From NCBI GenBank assembly GCA_001797335.1, contig MGPE01000005.1, positions 153,013-217,012 on the forward strand: DNA of 64,000 nt, read 5' to 3'. The notes beneath the pieces are model-generated. The model was given only the letters and a program-made list of their open reading frames with translations. It made no database searches and had not been told where the DNA came from. Shown piece after piece: positions 56,856-64,000 of this stretch. The position numbers and the translations under genes are program-made. Origin of the DNA: Deltaproteobacteria bacterium GWA2_38_16 (GTDB lineage: Bacteria; Bdellovibrionota; JACOXK01; 2-02-FULL-40-11). Each line of letters begins with the position of its first letter. Position 1 is the first letter of the stretch.

Positions 56856-59099
56856 ATGGTAAGACGGCTACTTTTAAGCATGGTTTTAGGATTATTTTTA
56901 ATACCTATTTTTGGGAATGCTGATGAACCTTTTGTTTGGAAAGATCCACAAACTGTCTATACTTGGGATGATGCGTATTTATTCCAATACGCCCAAAAAT
57001 TAAGTGAGCTCAAAAAAGATCGGCTTAAAGACCCCAAAAGAGTAAAAGCCCTCCAACTGGTTATCGAAGAACTAGGCATGCGGGGAAGACGATTGGATAA
57101 AGATGACACATTTTATGCAAAGGCCATAGAGGCTTCTGGACTCCTCCATGAAAAAGCTGTTAAAGATGAGCCCTACCTTTATACGCATACAGGATCCATT
57201 CTTCATAATACGATGGAAAGAATAGCATCCGATATTAAACGTAAGCCACAATTGACCGCAGAAAATAAAGCACCCCTGATCAATTATTACAAAGAATATG
57301 GTCAATCTAGAGGACAAAGTCGTGATGTTTTAGAAGCTACCCAGCAACTGGTTACCTTAGGGGATAAATCAGCAGCAGCTCAGATGTTTGAGCGATATGG
57401 GGAACATTTTGATATTCCTTCTGATCAGCAAGCTCAACGTGTTGTTCAGGCGATTAAAAAAGATCCCAGACTTTTTGAAATTGCTCAACTGGCCATTGTT
57501 GAAGGAGAAGAGGAAGGTCATAAAACCTCTCCTTTAGAATATAGTTTATTTGAGTATACGAAGGCCGCTTCTTCCGACGATAAAAAACTGTTAGCTCCGA
57601 TTTGGCAAGAAGCTTTGTTGGTTACCAAAAAACCAGCCAATCAATATCAATGGGCTAATTATTTGTTAGAACAAAATGATCCTAAATCCATCGATGTGGT
57701 GTTTAATACGCATTTTAGAGACATGTATAGACCTGATCAAATAGATGAAAATAGAACTCGCCAATTTCAAAAAAAAGCTTTGGATAATATGGACCCTCCA
57801 TCTGTCTTAGCGCTGGCGCAGCAGGACGCTCGAGTGATGACGGGGCCACAGGCGGCGGCTCCTTTTGAACCAAAAGAAGGAACTTTAACGGCAGATCAAT
57901 TTCAAATGATTGCTCAACATTTACGAGAGAAAGGGAAAAATGAGGTTGCTCGAGAAGCTGCTAAAAAATCGCTTTTAGCAACTCCTCAAGGGGGAGTGAT
58001 GTATTCTAATAATGCTTCTTTGGGGATTTTAATAGATTTAGCACGTGAAAACGATTTGGAAGCTCAAAGAATTTTAACGGAGAGTTTTTCAAATCCTAAA
58101 ACAACTTTAAATGATCGTGATCGAATTTTTATGCTTCAAGATATGGGTCAAGCTCAAGACTCTAGATTTAAATCATTCTTTTTAAGGGCATTTACTGATA
58201 TTGATGCTCCTTTGCCTATAGATCTTACTCGAACGGTCTTGAAAGAGATAAAGTCAGAAGGCACAGTAGATTCTGTCATCCGTCAATTATCAGAAAAACT
58301 TTCTCAAGCTAACGATAGAGAAAAAGAAAAAATTTTGGGTGGAAAACTCATGAGTTTAGGAACCTTAGATCTGGAAGGTTATCGAGCAGTACTGAGGCCT
58401 GTATTTATGGATATGGCATTGAGGAGAAGTGCTTTTTCTAATCTTATTAGAGAAAGAGAAAAACTTAAAGAGAGTACTGAAGCATTGAAAAACTTTGATA
58501 ACAGCTATAAGCAAGAATTTAAAGATATTCTTCGAAATCCTAGTAACGAGGAGTTGGCTTTAGATGTTCTTAACTATTTTAAAGGGGAGGGAGATAATTC
58601 TATTGTAGAAGATTTAAATGTAGCAGCTCAGACGATGGTTCAAGATTCTCAGATGAGAAAAAAGGCATTAAGTTGTGGAAAAGGATCCTACTCCTATCAG
58701 CTGCCCTCGGCACTCATTGAATTAAGCTCTCCCAGTGATGAACAGTCCGCACTGTCTTTAGTATCGTTATTTAAAGAAGGAGCTAAAACATCTTGCCCCA
58801 GAGGAGATCTTAATCAATGGCTCTCAGATATTGAAAAAGGATTTGGGCATTTTGAGGAAGGAGTTCAAGCCAAGATCGTGGTACAGTTGGAAGAAGCAAC
58901 AAAGGATGAAAGTTTAAGCTCCACGGTTCGAGAGAGATTAACTTTGGCCGCCAAAAATCTGAAACCCAAAGAAGAAGTTGCTGAAACATGTCCTGTGAAC
59001 GCTTCAGAAGAAATGGTTGATATAAGAGTTCCTAAAGCTCTGTTGGGGGATGCACAAAAATTGGCAGAATATATAATAAATCAGGAAAAAAATAAATAA
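56856..59099 (+). CDS. large secreted hypothetical protein (747 aa)
   Basis: Signal peptide; helical; no motif assigned. Confidence 0.45.
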   Translation: MVRRLLLSMVLGLFLIPIFGNADEPFVWKDPQTVYTWDDAYLFQYAQKLSELKKDRLKDPKRVKALQLVIEELGMRGRRLDKDDTFYAKAIEASGLLHEKAVKDEPYLYTHTGSILHNTMERIASDIKRKPQLTAENKAPLINYYKEYGQSRGQSRDVLEATQQLVTLGDKSAAAQMFERYGEHFDIPSDQQAQRVVQAIKKDPRLFEIAQLAIVEGEEEGHKTSPLEYSLFEYTKAASSDDKKLLAPIWQEALLVTKKPANQYQWANYLLEQNDPKSIDVVFNTHFRDMYRPDQIDENRTRQFQKKALDNMDPPSVLALAQQDARVMTGPQAAAPFEPKEGTLTADQFQMIAQHLREKGKNEVAREAAKKSLLATPQGGVMYSNNASLGILIDLARENDLEAQRILTESFSNPKTTLNDRDRIFMLQDMGQAQDSRFKSFFLRAFTDIDAPLPIDLTRTVLKEIKSEGTVDSVIRQLSEKLSQANDREKEKILGGKLMSLGTLDLEGYRAVLRPVFMDMALRRSAFSNLIREREKLKESTEALKNFDNSYKQEFKDILRNPSNEELALDVLNYFKGEGDNSIVEDLNVAAQTMVQDSQMRKKALSCGKGSYSYQLPSALIELSSPSDEQSALSLVSLFKEGAKTSCPRGDLNQWLSDIEKGFGHFEEGVQAKIVVQLEEATKDESLSSTVRERLTLAAKNLKPKEEVAETCPVNASEEMVDIRVPKALLGDAQKLAEYIINQEKNK

Positions 59100-59117
59100 T
59101 CGAGCTTTGCGCAAGCG

Positions 59118-60185
59118 TTAAAGATTTTCTACCCAGCGTTGGAAAGAGGCTGAGCAGGCTTCACAATACGTGGAGAACACTTCTGGATTATTCATGAGAC
59201 AAGATCTGTTTTTTCCAATAGAACCCACGTTAGGAGAAAAAGAGGCGTGGCGTAATTTAAAAGACGGATTTTTTCCCTCGTATTCGTCACATACTCCCAA
59301 TACTAAATGAGAAAATTCATGAACCAAAATACGGGAAGAAACAGCTTTGCTGATAACGGCATAATTTCCATAGTAAGCTACTCCTGAGGGAGTGTTTGAA
59401 TTGGTAACCACGATGATGGCATCCATATGAGGACCTGCGGTTTCTAAAATCTTGGATTGATCAAAACTCCAAATCATTCCATTTAATTTAAAAGAATCGT
59501 AAGAGGTTTTATTTTCTTCCCAAAAACTGTGAATTCCGGAATGAGTAGAAAACACATCGGATCTAAAAAGTGAAAATTTCTCTCGATGGGGAGAAATAAG
59601 GGGATGATTTAAAAATCCTTGAGCAAAAGTAGAAATATGTTGAGTATAATCTTCTTTTTCATCCAAGGTAAAGCCTTCCCCTAAAAAAAGGATATTAAAG
59701 TGGGATTGGGTACCTCTAAAAATTTCGGTATGCTGCAAAGAAGAAGGCTCTTCTTCTTCTCCTCCTCCTCCTCCTCCTCCTCCTCCTCTTGGCTGAATAT
59801 TGTCTAGAGTTTGAGAGTGAACGAGTGAAAATGTTTCAGACTCTTTTTCTCTTTGAAAAAGTGAAAAAGAAACATTTTCCCCTTGCTCTGGAACGTAGAG
59901 ACTAAATGTTTGAGCTTTAACTCGCGGAGGAAAAGAGAGATTAAAACTAGTGTGAAAATTTCCAAATTCAATTTTAAAATCTCCCAAATCTTCAGTTCCT
60001 TTTTGAAGAAGATACGGGGTATTGAGTAAGCGGGTTACTTTTTCTATTGAAAAATGAGCTTTCACGGAATCCTCATCTTCCCACTGGATGAGAAGATTAA
60101 TTTGAAGTGTATTTTCCCCCCAAGCCATCCCATAAGTCATTAAAGTGAGCAGGGCTAATATTGTAAAAAACTTCTTCGGTTTCAT
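59118..60185 (-). CDS. secreted M64-like zinc metallopeptidase with internal poly-Gly/Glu linker
   Basis: Signal peptide; ILFLGEGFT and HEFSH (HExxH) motifs; G9E4 linker. Confidence 0.55.
   Translation of the reverse strand: MKPKKFFTILALLTLMTYGMAWGENTLQINLLIQWEDEDSVKAHFSIEKVTRLLNTPYLLQKGTEDLGDFKIEFGNFHTSFNLSFPPRVKAQTFSLYVPEQGENVSFSLFQREKESETFSLVHSQTLDNIQPRGGGGGGGGGEEEEPSSLQHTEIFRGTQSHFNILFLGEGFTLDEKEDYTQHISTFAQGFLNHPLISPHREKFSLFRSDVFSTHSGIHSFWEENKTSYDSFKLNGMIWSFDQSKILETAGPHMDAIIVVTNSNTPSGVAYYGNYAVISKAVSSRILVHEFSHLVLGVCDEYEGKNPSFKLRHASFSPNVGSIGKNRSCLMNNPEVFSTYCEACSASFQRWVENL
59749..59788. repeat. trinucleotide simple-sequence repeat (CTT)4(CTC)9 on + strand, encoding G9E4 in the minus-strand peptidase gene
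   Basis: Perfect 27-nt (CTC)9 tract preceded by (CTT)4. Confidence 0.8.
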
Positions 60186-60309
60186 GGGTTTGCCACAATT
60201 GCAATAAGAATGCCATTCTAACCTATTGAAATCATTTGTTTTTATAATATTCTTTTTGCCTATTTTTTAGCTATTGTTTAGACCTTGGACAGCCGATAAG
60301 TAGAGTAAG

Positions 60310-61707
60310 ATGAAAATCTTTAAGCGCTGCCTATTTATTCTTTTGGATGGTTCTAGACCAGATGTTTTGGGTGAGCTTTTATCAGCCGGTAGAATGCCTA
60401 ATTTTTTTGATGTTTTTGTAAAGCAGGGAACTTTTACCAGAGCTACTTCTGTATTTCCTTCAACAACGGGACCAGCGTATCTTCCCTATTTAACAGGTTT
60501 TTATCCGGGGCATTGCAATGTGCCGGGTATTCGTTGGTTTGACAGAAAAGCCTTTAAAGCCAGAAGTTATGTGGGCTATGAAAGTTACCTTTTTAATCAC
60601 GATATTTCGCGTGACGTCCAAACGCTTTTTGAGCACGTAAAGCGTCCCATGAATATTTTTAGCCCGGTGAGCCGAGGAGTTGGGTTTTGGGGAAATCGAA
60701 CCCGAATGATGCGGAGTCTTTATGCTCTCTATGCCCATTTTACTCAAAACTGGAGATTTGTTGATCGATGTATTGGCTATGAAACACGATCGGCCTTAAA
60801 TGATAATCCCGATTTTTTATTTACTGCTTTTCCAGGGGTGGATGAAATGACTCATCGGACAGATCCTTTTTCTGAAGAAGTCATTAAAACATATTTACAG
60901 TTTGATCAAGAACTTGGAAAAATTATGGATCAATTAGAAAAACAAAAAATGGTAGATGATACACTCTGTGTTTTAGCCAGTGATCATGGATTGTCTGCGA
61001 CACACACGCATTTAGACTTGGTCGAGCTTATGAATGAAGCAGGTTTTGATACCTTTTTCTATCCGAAAGTTTTTTGGCCGAAAGTATTTAAACAAAAATT
61101 TGATTTAGCCATTATGCAGTCTGGCAATGCCATGGCACATTTATATCTCAAGAATGGGCATGGATGGGAACGGCGAAATGATAGCCATGAATGTGAAAAA
61201 CTCATAGAAATTTTGGTACGAAGACCCGAAATATCATGGATAGCTTCTCAAGATTCAGACGGAAAAATTTATGTGAGGAGTAAAGAAGGAGAAGGATGGA
61301 TCATGGAAGAGCATGGAAAAATACTTTATACCAGTCGGGGGCAGGATCCTTTGCAATTTAAAAAAATAAAAATGGTCATGACCCCTCAAGAAAGTTTAGA
61401 ATTATCATTTGATCAGCTCTATCCCGATGCTTTTGTTCAGCTCTTGCAGCTTTTTAAATCAGAGCGCACAGGGGATGTGGTGATTAATGCCGCCCCAGGA
61501 TATGATTTAAGGCTCCATTATGAATGGCCGGAACATTTTTCTTCCCATGGGTCTTTAATTCAAGAGCATATGCATGTGCCGCTGGCATTTTCCTATCCCA
61601 TAGAACTCAATCGAAAAATTAGATCTGTTGATGTTTTCCCTACCTTGTTAAAGCTATTGGGCTTATCTCAAGAAAAAGAGTGCGATGGATTGGCCCTGGT
61701 AGCGTAG
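60310..61707 (+). CDS. alkaline-phosphatase-superfamily phosphodiesterase/nucleotide pyrophosphatase-like protein
   Basis: LLDGSRPD metal-site motif and ASDHG motif. Confidence 0.6.
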   Translation: MKIFKRCLFILLDGSRPDVLGELLSAGRMPNFFDVFVKQGTFTRATSVFPSTTGPAYLPYLTGFYPGHCNVPGIRWFDRKAFKARSYVGYESYLFNHDISRDVQTLFEHVKRPMNIFSPVSRGVGFWGNRTRMMRSLYALYAHFTQNWRFVDRCIGYETRSALNDNPDFLFTAFPGVDEMTHRTDPFSEEVIKTYLQFDQELGKIMDQLEKQKMVDDTLCVLASDHGLSATHTHLDLVELMNEAGFDTFFYPKVFWPKVFKQKFDLAIMQSGNAMAHLYLKNGHGWERRNDSHECEKLIEILVRRPEISWIASQDSDGKIYVRSKEGEGWIMEEHGKILYTSRGQDPLQFKKIKMVMTPQESLELSFDQLYPDAFVQLLQLFKSERTGDVVINAAPGYDLRLHYEWPEHFSSHGSLIQEHMHVPLAFSYPIELNRKIRSVDVFPTLLKLLGLSQEKECDGLALVA

Positions 61708-61747
61708 GCTCTTTACATTTAAAGACTATTTTTGGTACACTTTAAAA

Positions 61748-62425
61748 ATGAGGATGCGTCCGTGGATTCTAATAGGATATGCCGTTACATTTTTAAGTGT
61801 ATTATTTTTTGTATATACGGCCAACACGGAACAAAGTGATCCCGCCAAAACTATTTCAGAGCTTGTGTCTCTTATTTCTAAGAATATGGTAAGCGATACT
61901 AAAATGAAAGACGTGGCCTCTAAAGATAAAAAAATTTTTGAAGAATATCGGACTGCTAATCAAAAGTTCCATAAAAAAATAGCTGAGTTTATTGATTTTG
62001 AAAAATTAGGGACAGATTCAATGCCCAAAAAATGGCAAGATAAATACTGGAGCATTAGCTCAGGCGAGAAAAAGAAATTTTTAGCCTTATTGCAAACGTT
62101 AATTGAAGAAATCGTATATCCCAGAGGGAAAGATTTTTTTGAGAATGTAAAAATTGTGTACCACAAACCAAAATATTCTTCTGATCAAAAGCAAGTGGAT
62201 TTGCGTTGTACCGTTCACGTTGAAAAAAAGGAAGTAGAGCTTCTCTATCGATTGATTCGACGTGGCACACAGTGGAAAATTTTTGATGTGAATATTGAAG
62301 GAGAATGGTGGACCGATAGTTTTAAAAATCAATTTAATCATATCATCACGACAAAATCTTATGATGAACTTATTTCTGCCATGAAGAAAAAATTAGGAAA
62401 CGTTCAAGCCGGTACAAGTTTTTGA
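61748..62425 (+). CDS. MlaC/Ttg2D-like periplasmic lipid-binding protein (tentative)
   Basis: N-terminal TM/signal; size and helical pattern; weak assignment. Confidence 0.35.
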   Translation: MRMRPWILIGYAVTFLSVLFFVYTANTEQSDPAKTISELVSLISKNMVSDTKMKDVASKDKKIFEEYRTANQKFHKKIAEFIDFEKLGTDSMPKKWQDKYWSISSGEKKKFLALLQTLIEEIVYPRGKDFFENVKIVYHKPKYSSDQKQVDLRCTVHVEKKEVELLYRLIRRGTQWKIFDVNIEGEWWTDSFKNQFNHIITTKSYDELISAMKKKLGNVQAGTSF

Positions 62426-63273
62426 ATTTTAAGCATAAAAGAATTACCATTTTGGGATATGGCTCGCAAGGACGAGCGCAAGCACTGAATTTAAAAGAAA
62501 GTGGCTGTAATGTGGTGGTCGGATTAAGGCTCGAGAGCTCTTCTTTTAAAAAAGCCAAAAAAGATCATATCTCTGCTTTACCCATTTCAGAAGCGATCCA
62601 GGATACTCATCTCATTTGTTTTTTAATTTCCGATGAATTTCAAGGGAAGGTATATGACCAATATGTTAAACCAGCGTTAAAGCCTGGAATGACATTGGTT
62701 TTTGCGCATGGATTTAGTGTTGTTTTTAAACTTATTCCTAAATTTCCTCCTTTTATCGATATCGTTTTAATAGCACCAAAGGTATCTGGAATGCAGTTGA
62801 GAAACTCATATCTTAAAAAAGAAGATGTGACTTCTTTGGCATCAGTTTATCAAAATGCTTCAGGAAAGGCCTGGGAGGTAGCCAAAGCCTATAGTAAGGC
62901 CATAGGATGTCAGAACATGATCAAAAGTACGTTTCGAGAAGAAACCATTTCAAACCTTTTTGGAGAGCAAACAGTGAAATGTGGAGGGGTTTTAGATCTC
63001 ATGAAATTATCCTATGAGACATTGGTAAAAGCAGGGATTTCACCAAAAGTGGCTTTTATTGAATGTATCCAAGGGATGAAATCGATGATTGATCTTGTTG
63101 AAACACAGTCCTTTAAAGGGCTTCAAAAATTCATAAGTCCTATTGCCTATTATGGAGGAATAAGCCGGGGCAGACGTTTGGTGAATGAAGCTCAAAAGAA
63201 AGAACTTAAAAATATTTTAAAAGAAATTAAATCAGGACAGTTTGCCAAAGAGTGGATGAGTAAGAATTCTTAA
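62422..63273 (+). CDS. ilvC: ketol-acid reductoisomerase (class I, short)
   Basis: ILGYGSQGRAQALNL, FAHGF, LFGEQTV.CGG and C-terminal FAKEW motifs. Confidence 0.75.
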   Translation: MNFKHKRITILGYGSQGRAQALNLKESGCNVVVGLRLESSSFKKAKKDHISALPISEAIQDTHLICFLISDEFQGKVYDQYVKPALKPGMTLVFAHGFSVVFKLIPKFPPFIDIVLIAPKVSGMQLRNSYLKKEDVTSLASVYQNASGKAWEVAKAYSKAIGCQNMIKSTFREETISNLFGEQTVKCGGVLDLMKLSYETLVKAGISPKVAFIECIQGMKSMIDLVETQSFKGLQKFISPIAYYGGISRGRRLVNEAQKKELKNILKEIKSGQFAKEWMSKNS

Positions 63274-63491
63274 AGAATAGCCTCTACATCTTCATAACCG
63301 TAAGCGGCATCTTCACCCTCAGAATTTTCGGGTTTAGAATTCTCCATTAAACTTCTTTTGGCAGATTGATACTGCTCTAAAAGCAACAGCGCCTCTTGAC
63401 GGAGATTGTGATCAGAAATGTATTTATAGAAATATTTAATGACCGATTGGTTTTTAAAATTCTTTATCTGTGTATGACTTAAGGACTGCAT
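63270..63491 (-). CDS. small hypothetical protein
   Basis: 73-aa ORF with acidic C-terminus; weak. Confidence 0.25.
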   Translation of the reverse strand: MQSLSHTQIKNFKNQSVIKYFYKYISDHNLRQEALLLLEQYQSAKRSLMENSKPENSEGEDAAYGYEDVEAIL

Positions 63492-63607
63492 GAAGTTTTC
63501 TCAATATATGCTATTTTTGCCTAAAAATCAAGCAATTTTTTATTATTCTGCATAGCAGGCTGGATCCATTTGACTTTTTACGCACCTTGTCATAACTTCT
63601 TTTTGAA

Positions 63608-64000
63608 ATGACACCTCGTCTTTTTACCCCAGGTCCAGTTCCGATTTTACCCAAAGCATTAGAGGTCATGTCTCATCCCATTATTCATCATAGATCTACT
63701 GATTTTATTCAGGTTTTTTCTGAAGTTAGAGAAGGGCTTAAATATCTTTTTGATACCCAAGAAGAGATCCTCATTCTTTCTTCTTCGGGGACTGGAGCCA
63801 TGGAGGGTACCGTTCTTAATCTTTGTTCCCCAGGAGATGAAGTCATTGTTGTAAGAGCTGGAAAATTTGGAGAACGGTGGGGGCAAATTGCCCAAACGTA
63901 TGGACTTAAAGTCATCCCTTTAGATATAAGCTGGGGAGAAGCTCCCACAGGTGCTCAAATTGAAGCGCTGATTAAAAAATATCCAACGGTAAAAGCGATT
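63608..64000 (+). CDS. class V aminotransferase (serine-pyruvate / alanine-glyoxylate type), N-terminal part; 3' end outside window
   Basis: Own translation from ATG about 63608: MTPRLFTPGPVPILPKALEVMSHPIIHHRS...ILSSSGTGAMEG; open to the window end. Confidence 0.6.
   Translation, partial: MTPRLFTPGPVPILPKALEVMSHPIIHHRSTDFIQVFSEVREGLKYLFDTQEEILILSSSGTGAMEGTVLNLCSPGDEVIVVRAGKFGERWGQIAQTYGLKVIPLDISWGEAPTGAQIEALIKKYPTVKAI

Noticed and set aside
59749-59788. Short tandem repeat considered as a CRISPR-like array
   Set aside because: It is a trinucleotide coding SSR without spacers; no CRISPR repeat-spacer architecture anywhere in the window

Overview
About 40% GC bacterial chromosomal window, densely coded on both strands. 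Left part: tgt (3' end), a partial complex I peripheral-arm cluster (nuoCD-E-F-G-I, no nuoB/nuoH) directly upstream of korAB (2-oxoacid:ferredoxin oxidoreductase), then accessory-looking small genes (nucleotidyltransferase pair, orphan HigA-like antitoxin, secreted HExxH protein, TIGR02147-like regulator) and an envelope cluster (lipoproteins, 959-aa M16 peptidase, lytic transglycosylase). Centre: tig-clpP-clpX-lon, panD, HU, tRNA-Val, tRNA-Asp. Right part, which I consider the most interesting: a nitrogen-oxide redox locus immediately downstream of tRNA-Asp, with NirK carrying a C-terminal cytochrome c domain, a NirV(FGE-like)::Sco1 fusion, a TauE/SafE permease, and a Tat-exported type II DMSO-reductase-family molybdoenzyme (alpha-beta-gamma-chaperone) whose alpha subunit has a Cys-x3-Asp-x3-Cys FS0 motif like periplasmic nitrite oxidoreductases. 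It is followed by a GMC oxidoreductase, an MNT/HEPN toxin-antitoxin cassette flanked by perfect 34-bp direct repeats, a porin-like gene, a complete Moco biosynthesis cluster (with a MobA::MoaA fusion) and an FNR-family regulator; FNR-like palindromes lie upstream of nirK, the molybdoenzyme and the moa operon. No CRISPR array or rRNA found. All calls are from reading the ORF translations and sequence by eye; no database search was run. Coordinates of hand-located short motifs may be off by 1-2 nt.
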